Source: an uncultured Methylococcales bacterium
Lineage (GTDB): Bacteria > Pseudomonadota > Gammaproteobacteria > Methylococcales > Methylomonadaceae
Direction of reading: 5' to 3'
Assembly (NCBI GenBank): GCA_913009265.1
Contig: CAJVYL010000001.1
Location: 1 to 60,170 of the forward strand
DNA: 60,170 bases
Positions 50,178-60,143 of this stretch are shown in pieces. A model generated the notes under the pieces. That model was not told where the DNA came from. It made no database searches and saw only the letters and a program-made list of their open reading frames with translations. Numbering within the stretch: position 1 is the stretch's first letter; each line of letters starts with the position of its first letter. A program made the translations under genes and the position numbers.

Positions 50178-51767
50178 CTAACTTGGCTTTTGGCTTTCTA
50201 AGTAATCCTCATAAGTACCACGGAAATCTACAATGCCTGTTGGTGTCAATTCAATTACTCGTGTAGCAAGTGATGATACAAATTCCCTATCATGACTGAC
50301 AAAAATTAATGTACCATCGTAATTTTCTAGTGCTAAATTTAATGATTCAATTGATTCCATATCTAAATGATTAGTCGGCTCATCCAATACCATAATATTT
50401 GCACGTTGTAGCATTAGCTTGCCAAATATCATACGGCCTTGTTCTCCACCCGAAAGCACAGATACTTTTTTATCAATCTCGTCTTGAGAAAATAATAATC
50501 GACCTAAAGTTCCACGGATTATTTGATCATCATCACTTGGTTTTCCCCATTGCTCCATCCAATCAAACAACTGTAGGTCTTCTTCAAAATCAGCGGCATG
50601 GTCTTGGGCACAATAACTAATATCTGAATTTTCAGACCATTTCACTTTTCCAGCGCTTAAATCAGTATCACCCACCAAACATTTTAATAAAGTTGTTTTA
50701 CCTATACCGTTTGGTCCAATAACAGCGACCCTTTCACCCACTTCAACCATTAGGTCAAAATCTTTAAACAATTCAGTTTCGTAACTTTTTGCCAAGCCTT
50801 CTACTTCAAGCGCTAAACGGTGTAATTTCTTATCTTGATCAAACCGGATAAAAGGATTTTGACGGCTTGAAGGTTTTATCTCATCTAAACTAATTTTATC
50901 TAGTCGTTTAGCTCTTGATGTTGCTTGCTTAGATTTAGAAGCATTGGCAGAAAATCGACTAACAAAAGCTTTTAACTCTGAAATTTGTGCTTTCTTTTTA
51001 GCATTTTCCGACTGCATGCTTTCAATAACTTGCGTCGCAGCAGTCATATAATCATCATACGAACCAGGGTAAAGACGAATCTCACCATAATCTAAATCAG
51101 CCATATGAGTACAAACACTATTTAAAAAATGTCGATCATGCGAAATAATAACCATGGTGCAATTACGCTCATTTAACACGCCTTCCAACCAACGAATCGC
51201 ATTAATATCCAAGTTGTTTGTTGGCTCATCAAGCAACATAACATCAGGTTCAGAAAACAAAGCTTGCGCTAACAATACTCGTAATTTCCAACCTGGAGCG
51301 ACTTCGCTCATAAGGCCATAATGCTGTTCTACATCTATCCCAACACCTGCTAACAATTCACCCGCACGCGCTTCAGCCGTATAACCATCCATTTCAGCGA
51401 ATTCAGATTCAAGTTCTGCAGCACGCATACCATCTTCTTCAGACATTTCTGGATTGGCATAAATAGCATCACGCTCAGCCTTTACAGCCCATAATTCATC
51501 ATGCCCCATAATAACGGTATCAATAACAGCATATTTTTCATAAGCGAATTGATCTTGTTTTAGCTTACCGATACGCTCATGAGGGTCTTTTGAAACATTA
51601 CCACCAGAAGGCTCTAAATCACCCCCTAAAATTTTCATAAAGGTTGATTTACCACACCCATTAGCACCAATTAATCCGTAACGATTTCCATTACCGAATT
51701 TAACTGAAACGTCTTCAAATAATGGCTTAGCGCCAAATTGCATGGTGATATTTGCGGTTGCGAGCAT
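50178..51767 (-). CDS. ybiT: ABC-F family ATPase, YbiT-type
   Basis: Two ABC cassettes ([18 protein letters not shown]; LSGGE signatures). The N-terminus [44 protein letters not shown] is near-identical to my recollection of E. coli YbiT. 529 aa. Confidence 0.9.
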   Translation of the reverse strand: MLATANITMQFGAKPLFEDVSVKFGNGNRYGLIGANGCGKSTFMKILGGDLEPSGGNVSKDPHERIGKLKQDQFAYEKYAVIDTVIMGHDELWAVKAERDAIYANPEMSEEDGMRAAELESEFAEMDGYTAEARAGELLAGVGIDVEQHYGLMSEVAPGWKLRVLLAQALFSEPDVMLLDEPTNNLDINAIRWLEGVLNERNCTMVIISHDRHFLNSVCTHMADLDYGEIRLYPGSYDDYMTAATQVIESMQSENAKKKAQISELKAFVSRFSANASKSKQATSRAKRLDKISLDEIKPSSRQNPFIRFDQDKKLHRLALEVEGLAKSYETELFKDFDLMVEVGERVAVIGPNGIGKTTLLKCLVGDTDLSAGKVKWSENSDISYCAQDHAADFEEDLQLFDWMEQWGKPSDDDQIIRGTLGRLLFSQDEIDKKVSVLSGGEQGRMIFGKLMLQRANIMVLDEPTNHLDMESIESLNLALENYDGTLIFVSHDREFVSSLATRVIELTPTGIVDFRGTYEDYLESQKPS

Positions 51768-52003
51768 ATTTTATTCCGAGTAAAACACATTAATAATGTT
51801 ATTGAGACTAACATTCAGACTACAGTCTATATATTAATGAGTAAAGTATTTTAAAGGGAGCATATTCTACGCGCTTTTATTATTATTAGCAGAGTATTTA
51901 TGTTTTACAGATCATTAAAATTTAATTAAAAGAAAGCTATTGAAAGCTTTTTTCAATATGAACTAACTATGATAGGCTGAACGAATATACCGAGGATAAA
52001 ATA

Positions 52004-52933
52004 ATGATAAAAAGAAAAACCTTAAACCTAAGCATACTTCTTAGCTGCCTTTTGAGCGTTCCATCAATAAGTATGGCTAACCCTGAAAGAACAGACCAAC
52101 TACTGATACAAACCAGCTCACCAAAAAGGACAATTGAAACGTCATTTTCTACTATGGTGTCTTGGCAAAAAGAAGGTATAAATTTTAATAAATCAAACGG
52201 CCTAGCCTTTATAAAAGGCACTACTGCAAAAAAACCGCTTACCGCCATTGAAGTAAACAAAAAGGTAGTAGGTTCACTTAATGCTGCCATTAAAACTGAA
52301 GCACCTAGTGACCGTGGGGCCTCTACCGAAACAAGTAATGATAAAGCTGAATTTCTTATCTTCAATAAAGCAAGTTTTGCAATTGATAGAATTACTACCC
52401 GAGACTATACCAACCAAACGCTAAGCTACAGAGTTCCTGGAAAGAGTTTTTCCAGTGCAGCTGTCGATATTTCTATCAACCTTGTTTATACTGCCGCAGT
52501 TGAATATGTAAGAGACTTTTCTTCGGATATAAAATATGAAACTGCGGGAGGTTCTGTCACCATTACTATAGATAAAGGCACACCGATAGTATTACAAACA
52601 AAAGGTAAATCGACCCAACAATTAGAAGTTGAAATGGCACAAGCTCTAGGTTCTAAAGCTATTTTTTCATCAACAGCTATCTACCCAAACTTCACCGAAA
52701 ACAGATCAAAAAACTACAAAGCATTTGATGGTGGAGAAGTTCAACTACCCCGCTTGGATGCAAAGTCTATCACTATTGACATTAATGACTCTGGCTTAGG
52801 TGTTATAACAAAGTTCAGATTTCCTTATATAGATAAAGCAGAAAACGAATCTGATGATATGCTTCCTATTATTGCTTTTTTAATAGCGGCAGGATTAGGC
52901 TACTTTTTCTATAATCGAAAAAAATCTGCCTAA
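52004..52933 (+). CDS. Secreted hypothetical protein with a C-terminal TM anchor and basic tail
   Basis: RBS GAGGA, a signal peptide (LSILLSCLLSVPSISMA), a Ser/Thr-rich beta-type body, and the C-terminal LPIIAFLIAAGLGYFFYNRKKSA. No family recognised. Confidence 0.6.
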   Translation: MIKRKTLNLSILLSCLLSVPSISMANPERTDQLLIQTSSPKRTIETSFSTMVSWQKEGINFNKSNGLAFIKGTTAKKPLTAIEVNKKVVGSLNAAIKTEAPSDRGASTETSNDKAEFLIFNKASFAIDRITTRDYTNQTLSYRVPGKSFSSAAVDISINLVYTAAVEYVRDFSSDIKYETAGGSVTITIDKGTPIVLQTKGKSTQQLEVEMAQALGSKAIFSSTAIYPNFTENRSKNYKAFDGGEVQLPRLDAKSITIDINDSGLGVITKFRFPYIDKAENESDDMLPIIAFLIAAGLGYFFYNRKKSA

Positions 52934-52944
52934 GGAATTAGCTT

Positions 52945-52980
52945 AGATGGTGATTCGAGCACAGCTCGAAGCCACCATCT
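52945..52980 (+). terminator. Hairpin after the 309-aa secreted-protein gene
   Basis: AGATGGTGATTCGAGC pairs with GCTCGAAGCCACCATCT (one bulge) around a 3-nt loop. No U-tract. Confidence 0.4.
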
Positions 52981-53381
52981 GCCCCATTTGCCAGAAAATC
53001 CCATCACTTACATCAGTAGCTAAACACCCCAATCACAGTAAGTTTTTATTTTAACCTCCTCACCCAAACCTTCTCCGCAGATGAAGGAATAACTGACGAC
53101 CCTATTGGGATTGGTATAACACTACTGAAATCAAGTTTTTGTTGCTGGTTTTGATTTGTGGCCATTAGCGCCCTTTTTTTAATAATTACACCAGCTAAAA
53201 CAACAATTCAAGTCCCTCTTTATAACATCTAAACAACTGAAATAATTGTGTTTTATTTCATAACCCAGAAAAAACACACATAATTTATTGATTATTATTC
53301 ATTTGAAATTTCATATATTCTAAAATTATGATACATTCAACCTTAACAAACCATGAAATTTTAACTATCAAGAGGAAGAAA

Positions 53382-53666
53382 ATGAAAAAGATTTTACTAA
53401 CAATTGCATTATGTTCTACTCTACCTGCAATAGCAGTTGCTGAAAGTAAAAGCATGCAAAATACTCATACCAGTGCTTCAGAGATTGATATGACAAAAGG
53501 AAAGCATATGCAGAACACGCATACCAGCAAATCAGATATTAATATGGCAAAGAAAAACCATATGGCGATGGGAGACAACCCGTTTTCTCAACACGATAAA
53601 GCTACAAAGAAAAAGGTAAAAAACCAAAGATACGAAGGATGGTCAGTTGTACCGTATAGCAAATAA
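53382..53666 (+). CDS. Small secreted protein with tandem Met/His-rich repeats
   Basis: ATG at 53382 is preceded by AGAGGA. Signal peptide MKKILLTIALCSTLPAIAVA, then the repeats KSMQNTHTSASEIDMTKG / KHMQNTHTSKSDINMAKK / NHMAMGD. Confidence 0.55.
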   Translation: MKKILLTIALCSTLPAIAVAESKSMQNTHTSASEIDMTKGKHMQNTHTSKSDINMAKKNHMAMGDNPFSQHDKATKKKVKNQRYEGWSVVPYSK

Positions 53667-53872
53667 TATTGGCTCTAATGTAACTAGTGTCACTTTAGTG
53701 TTTCACTAGTTTACTGATACAATTTATTGCATATTTTTACCAGTATCGAACACCTATCATTAAACATCATAAATTTTTTGACTGATATTTATGAACTAGG
53801 TGTTCACTAGCAATAACCCACACCACATTCACTCAAAGTTATAAAGGTGAAGGTCTTATAAATGATCGCAAG

Positions 53873-54880
53873 CTAGTTTCGCTTTCCCCTTCCTGCTCGC
53901 CCCAAAGCCTTAATATAATTAACACGTTCAAACTCATCAGGGTTTACCACATTTTTATGGCTCATTTTCCCTCTAATTTCACTGACTGATGCATAATCTC
54001 TAGCTTCTAACCACTGCTCCAATTCATCCAGTAAAACTTGAATATATTGAGGCCCATGCTTCATTAAAGCAGATGCAACCATCACTACATTTGCCCCAGC
54101 AAGTAGATATTTAATCACCTCAGTTGAAGTTTGTACGCCCCGGCTTGCAGCAAGTGATGCTTTAATTTGGTCGTGTAACACAGCAATCCAAAGTAAAGGA
54201 ACCCGTATTTCTTCAGCTGATCCCGTATGAGCCCGAGGATCAATTTGCAATGTATCAAGATTAAAATCTGGCTGAAAAAACCGATTAAATAAAACCAAAC
54301 CATCCGCTCCAGCATCATCTAATCGTTTAGCAAAATTAGCTGTCGCACTAAAGAAAGGACTCAATTTAATAGCCACTGGAATTGAAACAGAAGATTTTAC
54401 TGCTTGTAAAATATCAAAATAACGTTGCTCTACTTCTATCCCCGTCTTATTAATATCCGTTGGAATGTAATAAATATTTAATTCTAAAGCACTCGCGCCA
54501 GCTTGCTGAATTTGTTTAGCATAATCAATCCAGCCCTCATTAGTGACCCCATTTAAACTTCCAATAATAGGAATATCGGTAGCAGCTACTGCTTTTTGCA
54601 ATAAGTTTAAATATTGTTCTGGGCCTTTATCTTCAAGCTCATCCATTTGAGGAAAAAAATCACTTGATTCAGAAAAATGGCCAGAAGCAGATTCCATTAA
54701 ACTATCAAAAGCTTCATTCTCCCGTCGAATTTGCTCTTCAAACAAGGAATACATAACAACAGCTGACGCACCTGAATCTTCAAGTGTTTTAATCCCATCA
54801 AGTGATTCTGATAATGGGCAAGATGATACAACGATTGGGTTCTTTAAGTTTAAACCCATGTATTTGCTAGATAAGTCCAT
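53873..54880 (-). CDS. Dihydroorotate-dehydrogenase-like FMN TIM-barrel protein lacking the catalytic Cys/Ser motif
   Basis: Class-1 DHOD/PreA-like throughout (NPIVVSS, VAIKLSP, LLAGANVVMVASAL). At the position of ELNLSCPN it reads ELNIYYIP. Starts 9 nt after the PFOR stop, with RBS AAGGA. Confidence 0.8.
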   Translation of the reverse strand: MDLSSKYMGLNLKNPIVVSSCPLSESLDGIKTLEDSGASAVVMYSLFEEQIRRENEAFDSLMESASGHFSESSDFFPQMDELEDKGPEQYLNLLQKAVAATDIPIIGSLNGVTNEGWIDYAKQIQQAGASALELNIYYIPTDINKTGIEVEQRYFDILQAVKSSVSIPVAIKLSPFFSATANFAKRLDDAGADGLVLFNRFFQPDFNLDTLQIDPRAHTGSAEEIRVPLLWIAVLHDQIKASLAASRGVQTSTEVIKYLLAGANVVMVASALMKHGPQYIQVLLDELEQWLEARDYASVSEIRGKMSHKNVVNPDEFERVNYIKALGRAGRGKRN

Positions 54881-54889
54881 AATATATCC

Positions 54890-57800
54890 TTAATCAATTA
54901 ATGTTGCATCAGGTTGAAAATCGCCACCCGTTTGCTCGGCCATCTGCTCATAAATTTTCCATTTCAGGTCAATACCTTTCTGAGCTAATTTAAGCATTTT
55001 CTCTGCCTTTTCTGGATTAGTTCTTTGCAACATTTTGTAACGCAATTCATTGTAGGCATAGTCTTTAAATTGCACTCTAGGTCTAGGTGAATCAAGTACA
55101 AAAGGGTTATGCTGCGTTTGTCTAAGCACTGGGTTATATCGAAGCAAAGGCCAATGACCTGATGCTGCAGCCAAATCCTGCTGTTTTAATCCATCATTCA
55201 TATTAATGCCATGGGCAATACAATGACTATAAGCCAAAATTAAAGAGGGGCCTGGATAGGCTTCAGCTTCTCGCATGGCTAATAAAGTTTGCTGTGGATT
55301 GGCTCCCATCGCAATTCTAGCTACATAAACATTGCCATAAGAAATGGCTTGCAAGGCTATATCTTTTTTGGCGACTGGTTTACCACCAGCAGCAAATTTA
55401 GCTACCGCACCTAATGGTGTAGACTTAGACATTTGCCCGCCCGTATTAGAATAAACCTCTGTATCCATCACTAATACATTTACATCGCGCCCACTAGCTA
55501 GAACATGATCAAGACCGCCAGAGCCAATATCATAAGCCCAGCCATCGCCTCCCATAATCCAAATACTACGTCTGATTAAATGATCCACAACAGAAATTAA
55601 TTCTCGTGCTTTTGCTGTGTCTAATTTTAATAATTTAGCTTTAAGCTCTGCAACCCGTTCTCGTTGTTTATGTATCTGAGACTCGGTTTCTTGCTTAGCA
55701 TTAAGCAATTCATATACTAACTTTTCACCTAATTCTGGTTGCAGATTAAATATCAACTGACTCGCTACACCTTTATGCTGGTCAGCAGTTAATCGAAAAC
55801 CTAAACCAAACTCGGCATTATCTTCAAATAAAGAGTTAGACCAGGCTGGACCTTTTCCTTCCTCATTTTTAGTCCAAGGTGTCGTCGGCAAATTACCGCC
55901 ATAAATTGACGAGCAGCCTGTTGCATTGGCAACTAATAATCTATCACCAAATAACTGAGAAACTAATTTTACATAAGGTGTTTCACCACAACCGGCACAA
56001 GCACCTGAAAACTCAAAAAGTGGTTGTAAAAATTGCGCACCTCGAATAGATGAAAAATCTACCCTTGCCCTATTATTAATCGGCAAGGTTTCAAAGAAAT
56101 CAATATTTGTTTTTTCTTGCTCTAATATCGGAGCCTTAGACTTCATATTAATTGCCTTAACACCGCTTTCTTTTAAGCTTAATGCAGGACAAACTTCCAC
56201 GCAAAGATTACATCCAGTACAGTCTTCCAAGTAAATCTGCAAGGTGTAACGAATATCAGGAAAGCCCCTAGAACTTATTGGCGCAGATTTAAATTTTTCA
56301 GGAGCTGTTTCTAATCGTTTTTCATTATAAAACTTAGCCCGTATAACAGAATGAGGACAAACAAAACTACAGTTACCACATTGTATACACAGATCAGGCT
56401 CCCACTCTGGTACAAACTGTGACAAATTACGTTTTTCCCAAGCCGTTGTTCCTGAGGGATAAGTTCCATCAATTGGGATTTGACTAACCGCTAATTCATC
56501 ACCCTCACCTGCCATCATTTTTGCGGTAATGCGTCGTACAAAATCAGGCGCTTTACTCGAAACAACTTCAGGTTTTTGTAAGGTACTTGTTACAGCATCA
56601 GCCACTTCAACCTGATACAAATGCTCTAATGTTTGATCAACAGCAGCAAAGTTCTTTTTAACAATTTCTTCACCTTTTTTGCTATAGGTTTTTTTAATGG
56701 CCTGTTTGATTTTTTCTATTGCCAGCTCTCTTTCTAATACTCCAGAAAGTGCAAAAAAGCAGGTTTGCAGCACAGTATTAACACGATTCCCCATACCTGC
56801 ATTACGTGCGACTTTGGCAGCATCAATCACATAAAAATCAATATTTTTAGTAATGATTTGTTGCTGCATATTTGCAGGTAATTGATCCCAAACTTGATCA
56901 ACAGCATAAGGACTATTTAATAAAAATACTGAATTATCAGCAGCTAAAGCTAATACATCCGTTTTAAAAATAAAATTAAATTGATGACACCCTATAAAAC
57001 CAGCACTCTGTACCAAATACGGTGCTTTTATAGGCTCAGGGCCAAAACGTAAGTGAGAAACCGTTTGACTGCCTGATTTTTTAGAATCGTAAACAAAATA
57101 GGCTTGTGCATAAAAATCATCTAACTCACCAATAATCTTAATCGTATTTTTATTAGCCCCCACAGTTCCATCAGCACCTAGGCCATAAAACAAAGCAGAA
57201 ATCATACTGTCAGATTCAATATTAAAATTTGACTCATAATCTAAACTGCTATGACTGACATCATCATTTATACCGATGGTAAAGTGATTTTTTGGCAGTT
57301 CCTTTTCCAATTCATCAAAAATACCTTTTACCATTGCCGGTGTAAATTCTTTTGATGAAAGACCGTAACGTCCACCAATCGTTCTTGGTATTTGACTTAG
57401 CTTGCCCGAACCATAAGCTTCTGAAAAAGAATAAACCACATCATGAAATAAAGGCTCCCCAGTTGCCCCAGGCGATTTTGTACGATCTAATACCGCCACT
57501 TTTTTAATACTGTCAGGAAAGCTTTGTAAAAATAGTTCATAAGCAAAAGGCAAATAAAGTCGCACATGCACTACGCCAATTTTTTCACCTTTATCAACTA
57601 AATACTCGACTGTTTTCTTAACTGTTTCAGCGGCTGATCCCATAATAACAATCAGTTTTTCAGCATCCTCAGCGCCTGTATATTCAAATAGATTATATTT
57701 TCGGCCTGTTAATTCGGCAAAGCGATCCATTAAGCCCTGAACAATTTCAGGTACTTTGGCATAAAATGGATTTACTGTTTCTCTCGCTTGAAAATAAACA

Positions 57801-58471
57801 TCAGGGTTTTGCGCTGTACCTCTAATAAAGGGGTTATCTGGATTTAAAGCACGTGAACGATGCGCATAAACCCATTCATCATCAATCATATCCCTGATTT
57901 GTTGATCCGTTAATAATTCAATTTTATTAACTTCATGGGAGGTACGAAAACCATCAAAAAAATGTAAAAAAGGAATACGACTTTGCAAAGTAGCGGCTTG
58001 TGATATTAAAGCCATATCATGCGCTTCTTGCACAGAACTTGAACCTAACAGTGCAAACCCCGTACTTCGCACAGCCATCACATCGGCATGGTCACCAAAA
58101 ATAGATAAGCCTTGGGTTGCCAAAGACCTTGCTGCCACATGAAATACCGTAGGCGTTAATTCACCTGCAATTTTATACATATTCGGGATCATTAATAATA
58201 ATCCCTGAGATGCAGTAAATGTAGTGGTTAAAGCACCTGTTTGTAAGGCACCATGTAAAGCGCCTGCGGCTCCGCCTTCACTTTGCATTTCAGCAATTAA
58301 AGGTATATTGCCCCAAATATTTGCTTTACCTTCATTAGCCCATTGATCAGTCCACTCAGCCATTCCTGATGATGGTGTAATAGGATAAATCGCACAAACT
58401 TCATTGATTCGGTAAGCCACATAAGCAACCGCTTCATTACCATCAACTGTTACCATTTTATTATCAGTCAT
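54890..58471 (-). CDS. nifJ: Pyruvate:ferredoxin (flavodoxin) oxidoreductase, single-polypeptide NifJ/YdbK type
   Basis: 1193 aa. N-terminal VDGNEAVAYVAYRINEVCAIYPITPSS, two ferredoxin-type CxxCxxCxxxCP motifs (CIQCGNCSFVCP, CTGCNLCVEVCP), and a C-terminal TPP domain GGDGWAYDIG. Confidence 0.95.
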   Translation of the reverse strand: MTDNKMVTVDGNEAVAYVAYRINEVCAIYPITPSSGMAEWTDQWANEGKANIWGNIPLIAEMQSEGGAAGALHGALQTGALTTTFTASQGLLLMIPNMYKIAGELTPTVFHVAARSLATQGLSIFGDHADVMAVRSTGFALLGSSSVQEAHDMALISQAATLQSRIPFLHFFDGFRTSHEVNKIELLTDQQIRDMIDDEWVYAHRSRALNPDNPFIRGTAQNPDVYFQARETVNPFYAKVPEIVQGLMDRFAELTGRKYNLFEYTGAEDAEKLIVIMGSAAETVKKTVEYLVDKGEKIGVVHVRLYLPFAYELFLQSFPDSIKKVAVLDRTKSPGATGEPLFHDVVYSFSEAYGSGKLSQIPRTIGGRYGLSSKEFTPAMVKGIFDELEKELPKNHFTIGINDDVSHSSLDYESNFNIESDSMISALFYGLGADGTVGANKNTIKIIGELDDFYAQAYFVYDSKKSGSQTVSHLRFGPEPIKAPYLVQSAGFIGCHQFNFIFKTDVLALAADNSVFLLNSPYAVDQVWDQLPANMQQQIITKNIDFYVIDAAKVARNAGMGNRVNTVLQTCFFALSGVLERELAIEKIKQAIKKTYSKKGEEIVKKNFAAVDQTLEHLYQVEVADAVTSTLQKPEVVSSKAPDFVRRITAKMMAGEGDELAVSQIPIDGTYPSGTTAWEKRNLSQFVPEWEPDLCIQCGNCSFVCPHSVIRAKFYNEKRLETAPEKFKSAPISSRGFPDIRYTLQIYLEDCTGCNLCVEVCPALSLKESGVKAINMKSKAPILEQEKTNIDFFETLPINNRARVDFSSIRGAQFLQPLFEFSGACAGCGETPYVKLVSQLFGDRLLVANATGCSSIYGGNLPTTPWTKNEEGKGPAWSNSLFEDNAEFGLGFRLTADQHKGVASQLIFNLQPELGEKLVYELLNAKQETESQIHKQRERVAELKAKLLKLDTAKARELISVVDHLIRRSIWIMGGDGWAYDIGSGGLDHVLASGRDVNVLVMDTEVYSNTGGQMSKSTPLGAVAKFAAGGKPVAKKDIALQAISYGNVYVARIAMGANPQQTLLAMREAEAYPGPSLILAYSHCIAHGINMNDGLKQQDLAAASGHWPLLRYNPVLRQTQHNPFVLDSPRPRVQFKDYAYNELRYKMLQRTNPEKAEKMLKLAQKGIDLKWKIYEQMAEQTGGDFQPDATLID

Positions 58472-60143
58472 GCTGCTCTCCTGCCTGATTTGTCACATCA
58501 TTTTGGGAATTATTATCCTCATCAACCATTTCTATCGCATGACAAGGGCATTGCTCAAAACAAACCGCACAACCTGTACATAACTCATAATTGTATTTAT
58601 AGCGTTTGCCAGGCCCCAATTTAATAACAGCCTTTTCAGGACAAGCACCATAACAACCATCACATTCAAAACAGTTACCACAAGAAAAACAACGCTGTGC
58701 TTCAAATGTTGCTTCTTTATCGGTAACACCAGAGACAATTTCAGAAAAATTTTCTTCCCTATTCTGGGTGGATAATGATTCCTGAGTCGTTTGCCCTGCT
58801 TCGGTTACATACCAAAGGTTTAATTGCTTGTAGTCGACTGGATCATGTTTTTCAGCCGCAATATATCGCTCATTTTTTAACCAAGCATCAATATGTCGTG
58901 CCGCTTTTTTACCATGCCCTACCGCAGTTGTTACCGTTCGTTCACTTGGCACCATATCTCCACCAGCAAAAATACCCGCTGCAGCTGTCATCATGCCTGA
59001 ATCAACTTTTACTGTTCCATCAGTTTGAAACTCTATTTCATCGACTGCCCGTAAAAATTGACTATCTGTTTCTTGTCCAACGGCCAAAATTAGTGAATCA
59101 GCTTCTAAGTCTTCAAAACGACCAGTTGGCTCTGGCCTTCCTTGGTCATTCAACTCCATAATTTCTACTTTTATCGAGCCTTCATCCATTTCTTTAATTG
59201 ATCGTAACCAATTAATTTTCACCCCTTCTTCCAATGCTTCATCAGCTTCAAAATCATGAGCCGGCATATGATCTCTATCCCTGCGATAAATAATCAAAGC
59301 TTCTTCAGCCCCTAAGCGTTTAGCTGTACGTGCCGCATCCATTGCCGTATTACCACCGCCATAAATAGCAACTTTACGCCCTAATAAAGGTGCATTCCCT
59401 GTCGCTGTATCACGTAAAAAACTAACTGCATCAAGCATTTTAGTGGCATCGCGTGCTGGTATATCAACACGTTTACTTAAATGAGCACCAATGGCGACAA
59501 ACACTGCATCGAAATTACCTGCCTGCTTATCTTCCAAAAGGTTTTCTACTTTTCTATTAAGCTCAATTTCTACACCTAAGCTTTTAATTCGGTTTATTTC
59601 CTGATCAAGCTCCTCACGTGGCAAACGATAAGCAGGAATACCAAAGCGCATCATTCCCCCTGCTACTGGGCCAGCTTCATAAATAACCACTTTATGCCCA
59701 AGTCGAGCCAGATGATAGGCCGCAGATAGACCACTAGGACCGGCACCAATTATCAAGATCCGTTTACCACTGCTGTCTTTGTCAGGAGTAACTTTCCAAC
59801 CTTCTGCTATCGCTTTATCACCCAAAAATCGTTCTACAGCATGAATGCTAACTGAGCTATCAAGTTGCTCTCTATTACATTTTGTTTCACAAGGGTGATA
59901 ACAAACTCGACCGTGTACTGCCGGCATTGGGTTATCTTTCATCAACAATTGCCAGGCTTGTTGATAATCCCCACTCTGCACTAAAGCCAACCAACCTTGA
60001 ATATCTTCACCTGCAGGACAGGCGTTATTACAAGGCGGCAAATAATCTTTATAAACAGGATGAAATTTACGTACCGCTCCCGTGCCTTTGTCATGGGACT
60101 GCAAATTTGCAGGATTAGTTATATCAGTCGTTTTCTTAGCCAT
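58464..60143 (-). CDS. GltD/PreT-like NAD(P)H-dependent FAD/Fe-S oxidoreductase fused to a C-terminal 2x[4Fe-4S] ferredoxin domain
   Basis: N-terminal Cys cluster (PPCNNACPAGEDI...GRVCYHPCETKCNR). Two Rossmann motifs (IIGAGPSGLSAA, IYGGGNTAMDAA). C-terminal CFSCGNCFECDGCYGACP and CTGCAVCFEQCPCHAI. Overlaps the PFOR start by 8 nt. Confidence 0.88.
   Translation of the reverse strand: MAKKTTDITNPANLQSHDKGTGAVRKFHPVYKDYLPPCNNACPAGEDIQGWLALVQSGDYQQAWQLLMKDNPMPAVHGRVCYHPCETKCNREQLDSSVSIHAVERFLGDKAIAEGWKVTPDKDSSGKRILIIGAGPSGLSAAYHLARLGHKVVIYEAGPVAGGMMRFGIPAYRLPREELDQEINRIKSLGVEIELNRKVENLLEDKQAGNFDAVFVAIGAHLSKRVDIPARDATKMLDAVSFLRDTATGNAPLLGRKVAIYGGGNTAMDAARTAKRLGAEEALIIYRRDRDHMPAHDFEADEALEEGVKINWLRSIKEMDEGSIKVEIMELNDQGRPEPTGRFEDLEADSLILAVGQETDSQFLRAVDEIEFQTDGTVKVDSGMMTAAAGIFAGGDMVPSERTVTTAVGHGKKAARHIDAWLKNERYIAAEKHDPVDYKQLNLWYVTEAGQTTQESLSTQNREENFSEIVSGVTDKEATFEAQRCFSCGNCFECDGCYGACPEKAVIKLGPGKRYKYNYELCTGCAVCFEQCPCHAIEMVDEDNNSQNDVTNQAGEQHD

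Noticed and set aside
51967-52365. 132-aa minus-strand ORF overlapping the 5' part of the 309-aa secreted-protein gene
   Set aside because: The plus-strand ORF is longer and has a GAGGA RBS, a signal peptide and a coherent C-terminal anchor. The minus-strand ORF has none of these.
53682-53812. Repeated AACTAG(T/G)GT...CACTAG motifs and hairpins between the small secreted-protein gene and the DHOD-like gene
   Set aside because: The motifs are short, AT-rich and located between convergent 3' ends. They are most simply terminator hairpins, and the support is too weak to call an operator.
890-60118. Short ORFs from the six-frame track that lie inside or antisense to long conserved genes: 890-1153, 1660-1872, 3443-3631, 7589-7813, 11334-11552, 15168-15398, 16957-17286, 17415-17606, 18232-18492, 20693-20887, 26115-26351, 29349-29582, 31471-31824, 36756-37052, 37113-37307, 37517-37714, 40383-40667, 44207-44422, 45552-45779, 45704-45886, 47419-47652, 47857-48051, 50399-50620, 54115-54318, 58532-58738, 58775-59161, 59882-60118
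   Set aside because: Each is fully embedded in a gene with clear family motifs in another frame or on the other strand. They have low-complexity or odd composition, no RBS and no recognisable motifs, so they are treated as shadow ORFs.
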